Assembly (NCBI GenBank): GCA_039177895.1
Contig: JBCDFO010000001.1
Span: forward strand, 1-55,019
Source: Bacteroidota bacterium
Lineage (GTDB): Bacteria; Bacteroidota; Rhodothermia; Rhodothermales; Rubricoccaceae
DNA: 55,019 nt
Reading direction: 5' to 3'
Shown here: piece by piece, positions 1 through 9,364 of the stretch
Layout of the letters: every line of letters begins with the position of its first letter
How positions within the stretch are numbered: the first letter of the stretch is position 1
Made by a program: the position numbers and the translations under genes
The notes under the pieces: model-generated
What the model was told of the DNA's origin: nothing
The model's input: the letters and a program-made list of their open reading frames with translations, nothing else
Databases searched by the model: none

Positions 1-18
1 AAGACAGGCGCATCCACG

Positions 19-627
19 ATGAGCACGGTGTCTCGGCTGGGCCTCTTCGGCGGCACGTTCAACCCGCCGCACCTCGCGCACCTCGCCATCGCGGAGGCCA
101 TGGGCGATGCGCTCGGGCTGGAGCAGGTGCTCTGGATGCCCGCGGCTGCCTCGCCCTTCAAAGTAGGCGATCCGGCCGCGGTCTCGGCCGAGCACCGGCT
201 CGCGATGGTGCGGCTGGCGACGGCGGACAACCCCCGCTTTGCCGTGTCCGATCTGGAGCTCCGGCGTGCGGGCGTCTCGTACACCGTCGATACCGTCGAG
301 GCGTTGCGGGAGGCACAGCCCGACCGGGCGCTCACGTTGCTCCTCGGCGGCGACAGCCTGGCGAGCTTTACGCGCTGGCACCGCTGGGAAGACCTGCTCG
401 CGACGGTGCGGATCGCGGTCTACGCACGCCCAGGTAGTACCCTCGCCGACCTGCCCGAAGCGGTGCGTGCCCGTACGACCTTCGTAGAGGCTCCGGCGCT
501 CGATTTGTCTAGCACCGTGCTCCGGAAGCGGCTTATGGAAGGACAGACAATTCGGTACCTGGTTCCGGAAGCGCTTCGCTCTTACATCGCTCAACACGGC
601 CTCTATCAAAAGCGCGCAACGGCTTAA
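19..627 (+). CDS. nadD: nicotinate-nucleotide adenylyltransferase
   Basis: 202-aa ORF with N-terminal GLFGGTFNPPHLAHL nucleotidyltransferase motif and NadD-like length. Confidence 0.88.
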   Translation: MSTVSRLGLFGGTFNPPHLAHLAIAEAMGDALGLEQVLWMPAAASPFKVGDPAAVSAEHRLAMVRLATADNPRFAVSDLELRRAGVSYTVDTVEALREAQPDRALTLLLGGDSLASFTRWHRWEDLLATVRIAVYARPGSTLADLPEAVRARTTFVEAPALDLSSTVLRKRLMEGQTIRYLVPEALRSYIAQHGLYQKRATA

Positions 628-754
628 TACTTTGTTGATTGAGTATCCGGAAGTAAACCGTCTATCTTTCGAATTCGTGCCCGTAAGCACGCTTCCCCTG
701 ACTTGACTCCTTCCAGGCACCCCCTGGAATTCCCACATCCGGAATCCCCATACT

Positions 755-1597
755 ATGGCGACCCACACGCATCGCATCGGCGGCCTCGGCGGCCAGGAGC
801 GTCCCACCCTCGTGGTCCCCGCAGGCGCGACCCTCGCTGGCGTCCATGTCTACGCCGAGCAGTACGTCCACGCCGTTGAGCTCGTCGTGCGCGACGGCGA
901 CGGCCAACTCCACACGCTCCCGCGCCTCGGCGCGCCGGGCGGCACCAAGCACACCATCGAGCTCGCTGAGGGCGAGACGGTCGTCGGCCTCTCGGGCCGC
1001 GCCGACTGGTACCTCGACGCGCTCACCATCCACACCGACCGCCGCGTCACGGACGCGTTCGGCGGCGAAGGCGGCCAGCCCTTCGGCCTCGACCTCGCCG
1101 GTCAGCAGATCGTCGGCCTCGGCGGTCGCGCCGACTGGTACCTCGACGCCCTCGAAGTGCTGACGGCCCCGGCGGCCAAGAAAGCGGCTACCAACGGCGC
1201 GGCCAAGCCCGCCGCTAAGAAGGCCCCGGCCAAGAAAGCGGCTCCGAAGGCCAAGCCTGCTGCGAAGAAGGCGCCGGCTAAGAAGGCGGCTCCGAAGGCG
1301 ACCAACGGCACGGCGAAGAAAGCGACTCCGGTCAAGCCCGATGATCTGAAGAAGATCTACGGCCTCGGCAAGGTCTACGAGCGTGCCCTCCACGCGCAGG
1401 GCATCAAGACGTTCGCGCAGGTCGAGAAGGCCACCCTGACCAAGCTCCGCCAGGCCATCGGCGACGGCAGCAAGGGCGGCGACGGCATCGCCAACGAGGA
1501 GACATGGGCCAAGCAGGCCAGCTTCCTCGCCAAGGGCGACACGAAGGGCTTCAAAGCCTACGTGGAGACCATCAAGCCCGCGAAGGCTGCCAAGTAA
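755..1597 (+). CDS. jacalin-like lectin domain protein with Lys/Ala/Pro-rich linker and C-terminal helix-hairpin-helix module
   Basis: 280-aa ORF. GRADWYLDAL strand occurs twice and FGGEGGQPF is typical of the jacalin beta-prism. The middle is AKKAAPKAKPAAKKAPAKK repeats. C-terminal DDLKKIYGLGKVYERALHAQGIKTFAQV resembles an HhH/H3TH (COG3743-like) motif. Confidence 0.7.
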   Translation: MATHTHRIGGLGGQERPTLVVPAGATLAGVHVYAEQYVHAVELVVRDGDGQLHTLPRLGAPGGTKHTIELAEGETVVGLSGRADWYLDALTIHTDRRVTDAFGGEGGQPFGLDLAGQQIVGLGGRADWYLDALEVLTAPAAKKAATNGAAKPAAKKAPAKKAAPKAKPAAKKAPAKKAAPKATNGTAKKATPVKPDDLKKIYGLGKVYERALHAQGIKTFAQVEKATLTKLRQAIGDGSKGGDGIANEETWAKQASFLAKGDTKGFKAYVETIKPAKAAK

Positions 1598-1624
1598 GGC
1601 CGCACTCTCGCACACCGGCTCAGC

Positions 1625-1651
1625 GGCCCCGTACCCTCGTGGTGCGGGGCC
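1625..1651 (+). terminator. possible stem-loop after the lectin-like gene
   Basis: ggccccg / cggggcc 7-bp stem with a 13-nt loop, 28 nt after the stop. The T tract is weak. Confidence 0.3.
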
Positions 1652-1758
1652 GCCGTCGTTTCGCATCCCGCCGCCCCGTTCGGTCGGATCACCGCACGTC
1701 GGCTCGGGTAGGTGCGCTAGCACTTCCTCCTCCTCTGACAGCTTCTCTCTCTATCGTC

Positions 1759-2328
1759 ATGGCACTGACCTATTCCGAGATGATCGACCTGGGCATGACC
1801 GCCCCGCCGTTCGACCTGCCCATCGCCAACCCCGACGTGGACGGCCGCGACGGCTCCACACGCCACATCGACGACTTCGAGGCAGCGCAGGCGCTCGTGG
1901 TCGCGTTCATCTGCAACCACTGCCCGTACGTCCACGCCGTCGAGGAGCGCCTGATCGCGCTCGCGAAGGAGTACGCCGACCGAGGCGTGCAATTCGTCGC
2001 CATCAGCAGTAACGACGTCGTTGCCTACCCGGCGGACTCATTCGACAACATGACGGCACGCGCCCGCGACAAGGGCTATCCGTTCCCCTACCTCTACGAC
2101 GAGAGCCAGGAGGTTGCGCGGGCCTATGGGGCCGTGTGCACGCCTGACTTCTTCGCGTTCGACGCCGACCGCGCGCTTGTCTACCGCGGGCGCCTCGACG
2201 ACGGCCGCCCCAGCCAGCCCAACGCGACGCAGCACGACCTGCGCCAGGCGCTCGACGAGCTGCTCGACACGGGCGAGGTCACGATGGAGCAGGTCCCCTC
2301 GATGGGGTGCAGCATCAAGTGGCGGTAG
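1759..2328 (+). CDS. thioredoxin-fold thiol-disulfide oxidoreductase (AhpC/TSA-TlpA-like)
   Basis: In-frame ATG at 1759 within ORF 1504..2328. CNHCPY (CxxC) motif follows a beta strand (LVVAFI). Length ~189 aa. Confidence 0.8.
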   Translation: MALTYSEMIDLGMTAPPFDLPIANPDVDGRDGSTRHIDDFEAAQALVVAFICNHCPYVHAVEERLIALAKEYADRGVQFVAISSNDVVAYPADSFDNMTARARDKGYPFPYLYDESQEVARAYGAVCTPDFFAFDADRALVYRGRLDDGRPSQPNATQHDLRQALDELLDTGEVTMEQVPSMGCSIKWR

Positions 2329-2333
2329 GTCGC

Positions 2334-2597
2334 ATGACGCGCCGCCCTGAGCCCGAACCTCCAAAGCCCTCACGTCCGAAGCCTCCACGTCCAAAACCAG
2401 AGACGTTGCTGCTCGCGCTCGGCCTGCCCATCGCGGTGCTGGCGGGGCTGACGTGGACGTGGCGCGACTATGCCGACCACGGCGTCTGGACAGGCTATGG
2501 CCTCCGCGTGGGCCTCTTCGGCGTGACGGCGGTGCTGCTCTACTACGGCGTCGTACGGCTCGCGCGCGGCTTCACGGACCGCGCCGCGAACCGCTGA
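2334..2597 (+). CDS. small hypothetical membrane protein
   Basis: ATG at 2334 inside ORF 2307..2597. Pro/Lys-rich N-terminus followed by two hydrophobic helices. No recognisable family. Confidence 0.4.
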   Translation: MTRRPEPEPPKPSRPKPPRPKPETLLLALGLPIAVLAGLTWTWRDYADHGVWTGYGLRVGLFGVTAVLLYYGVVRLARGFTDRAANR

Positions 2598-2726
2598 CGT
2601 GGCCTCTGACAGGTGATACCCTGGGCCCGCGCGGCGTGTTACGAAATCGCGCCAGTCGTTGCGTTCCCTACCCGATACCGCTACCTTGGCGAGCAATCCT
2701 GGAAGCGCTTCCGATAGCAAGCGACT

Positions 2727-2741
2727 TGGCGCAACTCTTGC
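2727..2741 (+). promoter_or_regulatory. candidate sigma54 (-24/-12) promoter upstream of phhA
   Basis: TGGCGCaactcTTGC with GG-N10-GC spacing. Intergenic, same strand, 76 bp upstream of the ATG at 2817. Confidence 0.45.
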
Positions 2742-2816
2742 GACCTTGCGCCGTTCCGGGTTGCCCACCTCGACCCCTTTTCTGCCCGTCTGTTCCCAGC
2801 AACCCTGCTGACGCTT

Positions 2817-3779
2817 ATGAATCCCGAGGCTTCCCTTCCGACTCCCGCCTCCCTCCCGACTTCTTCCGACGCTAGCCCGACCCCCACGGACCTGAACAGC
2901 GGCGACGGTGCCGCGACTGAGACCACGCCCTCCGTGGCCCCCATGCCGCTCAACGACAAGGCGAAGTACGCCGAGAAGTACGAGCGCCCCCTCTCCGCCT
3001 ACGAGAAGGCCAACGCGGATGAGATCGACCCGCGCTGCGTGCCGCAGACGCTCACGGAGCCGCCCCCGCTCGGCGCTGCGATCGAGCCGCCGGTCTACCC
3101 CGAGCGTGACCAGGAGTCGTGGCGCTTCCTCTTCGAGCGGCAGCTGCAGCTGCTGCCCGGCCGCGCGGGCGAAGCCTTCCTCGAAGGCGTCGAGACGCTG
3201 GGGCTGAACGCGGACGGGATTCCGCACCTGCGCGACCTCTCGGCCAAGCTCGAAGCGGCGACCGGCTGGCAGGTGGCGCGCATCCCCGGTCTCCTCCACG
3301 AGCGCCAGTTCTTCGAGCTGCTCGCCAACCGGCAGTTCCCCTCGACAGACTACATCCGCGAGCCGCACGAGCTCGATTACACGCCCGCGCCGGACCTCTT
3401 CCACGACATCTTCGGCCACATGCCGATGCTGACGCAGCCGTCGTTCGCGGACTTCTACCAGCTCTTCGGGCAGGCCGCGCTCAACGCCGAGGGCCAGGAC
3501 CGCGTCAGCCTGGAGCGCTTCCACTGGTTCACGGTCGAGTTCGGCCTGATCGACCAGCCGCAGGGGCTCCGGCTCTTCGGCGCAGGCATCATGTCGTCGG
3601 CGAGCGAGGTCACGCATGCGCTCTCCGACGAGGTGACGCGCTACGGCTTCGACCCGCACCGCATCATCCACCAGGACTACGACGTGTGGCACCTGCAAGA
3701 CGTGCTCTTCGTCGTGAAGTCGTTCGACGGCCTCGTCGATGGCTTCCGCGGCTGGGCCAAGGGACGCGGGTTGCTGTAG
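2817..3779 (+). CDS. phhA: phenylalanine 4-hydroxylase (aromatic amino acid hydroxylase)
   Basis: PDLFHDIFGHMPML iron-binding His motif, plus FELLANRQFP and FTVEFGLI signatures. Start uncertain (2817, or the Met at 2943). Confidence 0.85.
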   Translation: MNPEASLPTPASLPTSSDASPTPTDLNSGDGAATETTPSVAPMPLNDKAKYAEKYERPLSAYEKANADEIDPRCVPQTLTEPPPLGAAIEPPVYPERDQESWRFLFERQLQLLPGRAGEAFLEGVETLGLNADGIPHLRDLSAKLEAATGWQVARIPGLLHERQFFELLANRQFPSTDYIREPHELDYTPAPDLFHDIFGHMPMLTQPSFADFYQLFGQAALNAEGQDRVSLERFHWFTVEFGLIDQPQGLRLFGAGIMSSASEVTHALSDEVTRYGFDPHRIIHQDYDVWHLQDVLFVVKSFDGLVDGFRGWAKGRGLL

Positions 3780-3828
3780 GTCCTAATCTGGGCGCAGGTA
3801 GTTGGGTCGGTCGGCGCTCCGGTGTTGG

Positions 3829-4266
3829 CTATCCCAGTTGCATGTGGTCGACCATGATGCAGCGGTTGGCGAGGTAGGGGAGGCCGTGCGCCTCCGCGAG
3901 TGCCTGCGCCTCGGCGGCGTGGACGCCGATCTGCGTCCAGATCGCGGGGCGCTGCCCGGTCGCCTCCATCCGCTCGATGGCGTCGGCCACGACGCCCTCG
4001 GTGAAGTCCGGCCGCCGTAACGCGTTCACGAGATCCCTCTCGAGCTCGCCCGGACTCGCGGTGAGGGTGGGGTAGCACGGCTCGCCGAGCAGCGTCTCGT
4101 GGTGCGGGTTGACCGGCACGACCCGGTAGCCGACCTCCTGGAGGTAGCGCGCAATCCGGTGGCTGGTCTGCGAGGCGCGCGGGGAGCAACCCACCACAGC
4201 GATCACGCGGCTGTCCGTGAGCAGCGTGGCGAGGTCAGGCGACGGGGCCGAGTCGAGCGGAGGCAT
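3829..4266 (-). CDS. CoA-binding domain protein (YccU-like)
   Basis: 145 aa. VIAVVGCSPRASQTSHRIARYLQEVGYRVVPVNP matches the CoA-binding Rossmann signature. Confidence 0.8.
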   Translation of the reverse strand: MPPLDSAPSPDLATLLTDSRVIAVVGCSPRASQTSHRIARYLQEVGYRVVPVNPHHETLLGEPCYPTLTASPGELERDLVNALRRPDFTEGVVADAIERMEATGQRPAIWTQIGVHAAEAQALAEAHGLPYLANRCIMVDHMQLG

Positions 4267-4348
4267 TGGATGGGAGCGTGAGGGGCCGGGGCGCGTACAC
4301 GGATGCTACGTGCCGCCGCTGCTCCCGTATCCCACCGCCGTCTGGTCC

Positions 4349-4927
4349 ATGGCTGATCCTGTCTCGTCTCCGCCGTCTTCCCATACGGCGTCCTCCCGTG
4401 CGGCGTCCTCTCGTGCGGCGTCCCCCTCGCGGCTGGACCGTCTCCAGGGGCTCGTCGAGCGGACGCTGCGCCGGACGCTGATGCTGGCCGCCGTGTCGGC
4501 CGTGGCGGCGGCGGTGCTGTGGTGGATCGTGGCGGGGCGCTTCGCGGCGGCGGGGCAGGTGACGTGGTGGCTGGCGGGTGCTGCGCTCGTGCCGCTGCTG
4601 CTGCCCGCGGCGGGGACGTGGCTGGCGGTGGACACCGTGCGCGGCGTGCTGCGCCTGCCGGACGTGCTGCGCGGGATGCTGTCGGAGAGCAGGACGCAGG
4701 CGACCGTCGTCCGCGCTGAGAAGGGGACGACGCGGGCCGTCGGCTTCGTGCGCTTGCTCTGGGCGCTGCGGGCGCTCGCCACCGACGCCCACGGCAAGGC
4801 CATCGCGGCGTTGGCGCTATTCCGGCTCTCGCGCCTGCCGTTGTTGCTGGCGGCCGTCGCGGCGTTCGCGCTCAACCTCGTCGTGATCCTGGCGGCTGCG
4901 GTGGCGGTACTGATCGTGCTACTCTAG
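4349..4927 (+). CDS. hypothetical integral membrane protein
   Basis: ATG at 4349 within ORF 4217..4927. Ser-rich N-terminus and several hydrophobic helices. No family recognised. Confidence 0.45.
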   Translation: MADPVSSPPSSHTASSRAASSRAASPSRLDRLQGLVERTLRRTLMLAAVSAVAAAVLWWIVAGRFAAAGQVTWWLAGAALVPLLLPAAGTWLAVDTVRGVLRLPDVLRGMLSESRTQATVVRAEKGTTRAVGFVRLLWALRALATDAHGKAIAALALFRLSRLPLLLAAVAAFALNLVVILAAAVAVLIVLL

Positions 4928-4984
4928 AGGTCGCGTTTTCCGGTCGCGCGCGCGTATGTTGCCGCCCCTCTAGTCCTAATCGTA

Positions 4985-6598
4985 ATGCATATCCCTGCTC
5001 GTCCATCTTGGATGGTAGCGCTCGTGCTCAGCGCGGTCCTGCCGGCCGCCGCGTGGGCCACCGAGCGTCCTCAGGCGGCTCCCGACACTGTGCTCGCCGC
5101 TGCCGACCGCGCCGCCGCCATCGATCTGATCGCGACGCGGCTGCACCTCGAAGGCGGCAACGCCAACCCGGACCGCTTCTACCTCACCCACTTCGACGAC
5201 GCGACCGCGAAGTGGCCCGAGGACGTGCGCGCTGCGGCCCGCGCCCGTATCGTGCCCCGCCTGACCACGGCGCAGGCCGAGGCGTTCGTCGCCCGCGCGT
5301 TCGCCCGGCAGTCCGACGCCCGCCTCGCCACAATCGCGGCTTGGCTGCGCACGCCGCTCGTGGACCGCATGCTGCGCGCCCAGGTCGAGCACGACGCCGA
5401 CTCGCTCCGGGCCTTCTTCACCCGCGTCAAGGCCGAGGGCTACTCGCCGCGGCTGGAGGACCGGCGCCCGCTCGTCGAAGCGCTCGTGGGGGCGGTCGGC
5501 TACGACGAGTTCGTGGTGAGCACCCTCCACCGCACCACCGCGCTCGTGCTCGCCCTCATCAGTGCCTATGACGACGTCGATCCGGAGGCAGCGGAGCTGT
5601 TCGTGGCATCGGAGGGGGCCGCGCGTGCGCGCCGGACCGTCGAGAATAGCATCATCGCGCACCAGTTCTACTACCGCGATTTCCCCGACGCCGATCTCGT
5701 CGCCTACACCGCTGCGCTGCAGTCAGAGGCGGGGCAGAGCCTGCTGGCGCTCCGGGCGGAACTGGACGAGGCACGCGGGCTGGGGTTTAGCGCTCTCATC
5801 CTCGACGAGGCCGGGCTCGAACCATCTGTTTGGATGCCCGAGGTCGCCTCGGCCGACCCCGCCGCGGTGCGCCGCGACCGGGTCCGCGCGCTTCTGGTGG
5901 AGACCAACCTAGCGAGCTTCGTCGGCCTCTACGCCCGCTCGTTCCTCGAAGGGACGTATGCGAGCGTGGACCGCAGCCACGCCCCGGGGAGCGCGGCCAA
6001 CGGGCTGCTCCGCGAGGTCTTCGTCGAAGCCTTCGCCCCCGCGTATACCGTCGACCAGCTGGCCTACCGGCTCGCCGACAGTGCCACCGACGCGCAACTC
6101 GAGGCCTTCGAGGCGTGGGCTGCTGACTTCGTCGTGGCGCGCGTCTTCGAGATGGAGCAGCCGCCCGTCGTGTCGCGCAAGGTGTGGGACGACGCCAAGT
6201 TCGGCCCGCGCGACGTCCGGCTGGCGGCCCTCGACGATGCGCTCGGGCTGACGGCCCTCCGGGTCGGCATCCGCAGCGAGATCGAGTGGGCGGTCTTTGC
6301 CGAGGTGGACCCGCAGGGTCTGGATGCGGATGCGGTCGAGGCCTTTCGGACACGCATGGCGGAGCGGGCCGAGGAGCGGTGGGAGACGACCCGCCTCGAC
6401 GTCCTCTACCGGCTCACGAACCGCCTCGCGGACGTGCCCGATGCCAAGGTAGACCACCTCGCGAAGCGGCTCCGCGCGCCCGAAGCGCAGGCGTTCCTGG
6501 CGTGGGCCTACACCGGCATGCGGCAGGTCTATGCCGACGCGGCCACGCAGGCCATGCGCCGCGTCGCGCTCCACGCCGAAGCCCAGAGCGATGGGTGA
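4985..6598 (+). CDS. secreted hypothetical protein with repeated helical modules
   Basis: 537 aa. N-terminal signal peptide (MVALVLSAVLPAAAWA). Four loosely similar helical segments (for example LATIAAWLRTPLVDRML, LVAYTAALQSEAGQSLL, LEAFEAWAADFVVARV, APEAQAFLAWAY), possibly DUF2059-like. Confidence 0.6.
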   Translation: MHIPARPSWMVALVLSAVLPAAAWATERPQAAPDTVLAAADRAAAIDLIATRLHLEGGNANPDRFYLTHFDDATAKWPEDVRAAARARIVPRLTTAQAEAFVARAFARQSDARLATIAAWLRTPLVDRMLRAQVEHDADSLRAFFTRVKAEGYSPRLEDRRPLVEALVGAVGYDEFVVSTLHRTTALVLALISAYDDVDPEAAELFVASEGAARARRTVENSIIAHQFYYRDFPDADLVAYTAALQSEAGQSLLALRAELDEARGLGFSALILDEAGLEPSVWMPEVASADPAAVRRDRVRALLVETNLASFVGLYARSFLEGTYASVDRSHAPGSAANGLLREVFVEAFAPAYTVDQLAYRLADSATDAQLEAFEAWAADFVVARVFEMEQPPVVSRKVWDDAKFGPRDVRLAALDDALGLTALRVGIRSEIEWAVFAEVDPQGLDADAVEAFRTRMAERAEERWETTRLDVLYRLTNRLADVPDAKVDHLAKRLRAPEAQAFLAWAYTGMRQVYADAATQAMRRVALHAEAQSDG

Positions 6599-6714
6599 GT
6601 CGGAGAGAAGGGGAGCTAGGTGAGCGCAGTGCTGCCGCGCACACGCATCTTCCCGCTCGTCCTGCTCTTCCTCACCCGCCTGCACCCCGCGTGAACCGCT
6701 GTGCCTTTCTCACG

Positions 6715-7569
6715 ATGGCCGACCCCACCGGCTTCGTGATCGACGACGACCTCGCCATCGCGCCGCTGGACGCGCTCGGCTGGCACGTGGACCGCGTCCC
6801 GTGGACCGCCGACGCCGACTGGGATGCCTTCGACATCGTCATCATCCGCTCGCCGTGGGACTACCAGCACCACGCCGCTGCCTTCCTCGCCGTGCTCGAC
6901 CGGATCGAGGCCTCGGCGGCGCGGCTGGAGAACCCGGCCGCGCTCGTCCGCTGGAACCTCGACAAGGGCTACCTGCGGGATCTCGACGCCCAGGGTCACG
7001 CCATCGTCCCGACAGTGTGGAGCGACGGTCTCGACGCAGCTGTGGGTGGCATGCTCGACAGCGCGTTCGACCGGTTCGACACGGACCAACTCATCGTGAA
7101 GCCGACCGTCAGCGCGAATGCGGACGACACGTTCTGGCTGAAGCGCGACGGGCTCGCGGAGGCGCTGCGTGTGACGCTCGCCGAGACGTTCCGCGACCGG
7201 GCCTGCATGGTGCAGCCGTTCGTCCCCGCCGTGGTGAGCGAGGGCGAGTTCTCGCTGTTCTACTTCGCCGGGGCGTACAGCCACACGATCCTGAAGACGC
7301 CCAAGCCGCGCGACTTCCGCGTGCAGGAGGAGCACGGTGGCCTCATCCGCGCCGTCCACCCCGAGCCTACGCTGCGCGCCCAGGCCGACGCCGTCGTGGC
7401 GATGCTCTCGCCCGCGCCGCTCTACGCCCGCGCCGACTTCGTGCGGATGCCCGACGGCACCTTCGCGGTGATGGAACTGGAGTTGATCGAGCCCGCGCTC
7501 TACCTCCGCATGGACGCCGACGCCCCCGAGCGCTTCGCCCGCGCGGTGGTGTCGTGGATGGCGGCGTGA
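6715..7569 (+). CDS. ATP-grasp fold protein (RimK/glutathione-synthetase-like)
   Basis: ATG at 6715 within ORF 6184..7569; the upstream part of that ORF overlaps the previous gene. Motifs LIVKPTVSANADDTF, MVQPFVP, EFSLFYF and VMELELIEPAL fit an ATP-grasp fold. Confidence 0.7.
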   Translation: MADPTGFVIDDDLAIAPLDALGWHVDRVPWTADADWDAFDIVIIRSPWDYQHHAAAFLAVLDRIEASAARLENPAALVRWNLDKGYLRDLDAQGHAIVPTVWSDGLDAAVGGMLDSAFDRFDTDQLIVKPTVSANADDTFWLKRDGLAEALRVTLAETFRDRACMVQPFVPAVVSEGEFSLFYFAGAYSHTILKTPKPRDFRVQEEHGGLIRAVHPEPTLRAQADAVVAMLSPAPLYARADFVRMPDGTFAVMELELIEPALYLRMDADAPERFARAVVSWMAA

Positions 7570-7759
7570 GGCCCGCCGAGGCGCTGGCTGCACGCCTGGG
7601 ATGCACGAGATGTTACACCGATGTTAGCTCCGCGTGATATCCCCGGCTACGCCGGAGCGTTCAAACCGCTCGCTTTCGCCCCGCGCCGACGAAAGGATGC
7701 CGGAGGCTACGTAGTCCATGCCTTCGTCTTTCCCGACCTCGCCCTTCCTCTGTCGCCTC

Positions 7760-8599
7760 ATGCGTGCTCGTCCTGCCTTCACTCTGTGCCTTGCGGCTTC
7801 GCTGGTTGCTCTGCTCGTCACCGCTTACGAAGCGCAGGCACAGTGGCCGCGCGGACAAGGGAAAGGCTACGCCCAACTCGGCGTGGGCCTCGCCGGGGCC
7901 GACCGCGGGTTCGACGGCGACCGCAACCTAGGGACCCTCGGCTCGGAGGAGAACCCGGAGACGTATTCCGAAGCTGCGCTCTACGCCTACGCGGAGGTCG
8001 GCCTGACGAACCGCATCACGCTCATCGGCTCCACGTTCCTGCGTAGCTCCGTGGCGGAGAACCTCGACGGCGAGTTCGTCAACGGCGGGCTCTCGGATGT
8101 GACGCTCCAAGTCCGCTACTCGCTGCCGCAGCTTGGCCCGCTGGTCGTCTCGCCGCAGGTGGGCGTGCGGTTTCCCACGGGCTACGATGCCGAGGATTCG
8201 CCCCCGCTCGGGTCAGGCGAGGCCGACCTCATCGCCGAGGTCCAGTTCGGCCTTTCGCTCTGGCCGACGCCTGCCTACGTCGGCGGCAGCGTGGGCTACC
8301 GGCAGCGCGGCGGCATCATCGAGGACGAGATCCTGGCGTTCTTGGAGGCCGGGTACTTCGTGACGGAGACGTTCCTGCTCCGCGCGCGCGGCGACCTCAC
8401 CGAGAGCACGTCGAACGAGATCACTGAGTTCTCGCAGCTCGGCTTTCCGCCGGAGCAGGGCTTTGTCACCCTCGGCCCCGGCGTGACGGTGGTGCTCTCG
8501 GAGCGCTGGCAGCTCAACGGCGACCTCCGCTGGACCGTGAGCGGGCGCACCACCGCACGCATCGTCAATGGCATCGTCGGCCTGGCACTGGTGTGGTGA
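7760..8599 (+). CDS. outer-membrane beta-barrel protein (MetA-pathway/transporter-like)
   Basis: ATG at 7760. Signal peptide ending AQAQ, alternating beta-strand pattern, VRFPTGYDAEDSPPLGSGEADL loop motif, and C-terminal aromatic LALVW. Confidence 0.6.
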   Translation: MRARPAFTLCLAASLVALLVTAYEAQAQWPRGQGKGYAQLGVGLAGADRGFDGDRNLGTLGSEENPETYSEAALYAYAEVGLTNRITLIGSTFLRSSVAENLDGEFVNGGLSDVTLQVRYSLPQLGPLVVSPQVGVRFPTGYDAEDSPPLGSGEADLIAEVQFGLSLWPTPAYVGGSVGYRQRGGIIEDEILAFLEAGYFVTETFLLRARGDLTESTSNEITEFSQLGFPPEQGFVTLGPGVTVVLSERWQLNGDLRWTVSGRTTARIVNGIVGLALVW

Positions 8600-8677
8600 C
8601 TTCCGACGAATCAGACCGCCTTTACAGGTGGGGCAAGGCGAAGCCGCTATCGACCTATATAATTGCATGGTAGAGAT

Positions 8678-9085
8678 TTAGACCCCAGGTAGGTGGTCAC
8701 GAATCTGCTGCTCGAATAGGGCGTCGTCCTTGAAGGCGCATAGGTTGCCTGCGGGATCTACGAACTTCGCGACCGTCCCCCAGCTATGCTCCTGGACGTC
8801 CACCTCGACGCCGCGCGCGGTCAGCCGGTCGGCGTAGGCCTTCACGTCTGGGACGTTCATGCGGAGGCACATCGTGTGATAGGCACGCGCCACGGACACC
8901 TCAGCTTCAGTGCCCATCCCATCCCGTTCGTCATCAAACTCGACTATCAAGTAACTCGGACCAAACTCGAAGCTGGTTAGACTCGGGGCTTCGAACAGCA
9001 CGGGAAGCCCCAGCACGTCCCTGTAGAAGGCGACGCACTCCTCGTAGTTGAGGACATAGAGGATGAAGCCGGTACGTGTGAACAT
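8678..9085 (-). CDS. VOC/glyoxalase family protein
   Basis: 135 aa. N-terminal ILYVLNYEECVAFYRDVLGL and a paired beta-alpha-beta-beta-beta pattern typical of glyoxalase/bleomycin-resistance folds. Confidence 0.75.
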   Translation of the reverse strand: MFTRTGFILYVLNYEECVAFYRDVLGLPVLFEAPSLTSFEFGPSYLIVEFDDERDGMGTEAEVSVARAYHTMCLRMNVPDVKAYADRLTARGVEVDVQEHSWGTVAKFVDPAGNLCAFKDDALFEQQIRDHLPGV

Positions 9086-9164
9086 GGCTCGGAGGGAGAA
9101 AGTGGCCTGACAGGATACAGTCCTGCTGCCCGACGGCCCTGCGCCATTCCGCGGCCTGCGTCCG

Positions 9165-9328
9165 AGCTCGGCTTTCCGTCGGATCAGAGCTTCGTCACGC
9201 TCGGCCCTGGCGTGACGGTGGTGCTCTCGGAGCGCTGGCAGCTCAACGGCGACCTCCGCTGGACCGTGAGCGGGCGCACCACCGCGCGCATCGTCAATGG
9301 CATCGTCGGCCTGGCGCTGGTGTGGTGA
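9165..9328 (+). repeat. second copy of the last 164 bp of the barrel gene (copy 1 = 8436..8599)
   Basis: Direct alignment by eye gives roughly 93 percent identity, including the stop codon. Homology begins abruptly at agctcgg. Confidence 0.9.
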
Positions 9329-9364
9329 GGCCTACTACCGAGACACGAAAGTCGCCGCGCTAGG

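Noticed and set aside
662-1723. 353-aa ORF on the minus strand
   Set aside because: It lies entirely antisense to the lectin-like gene, is Arg/Gly/Ala-rich and low-complexity, and has no motif. This is a typical shadow ORF in high-GC DNA.
2370-3698. 442-aa ORF on the minus strand
   Set aside because: It is antisense to phhA, which has clear hydroxylase motifs. The composition is shadow-ORF-like.
6184-6714. N-terminal 177-aa extension of the ATP-grasp ORF
   Set aside because: It overlaps the 3-prime end of the preceding secreted-protein gene in another frame and is Arg/Pro/Gly-rich. The ATP-grasp homology starts only after the ATG at 6715.
6781-6795. TGGCACgtggaccGC match to the sigma54 spacing rule (a similar one lies at 14652..14666)
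   Set aside because: Both lie inside well-supported coding regions and lack a TTGC-like -12 box. They are kept as examples of the chance background for the promoter calls.
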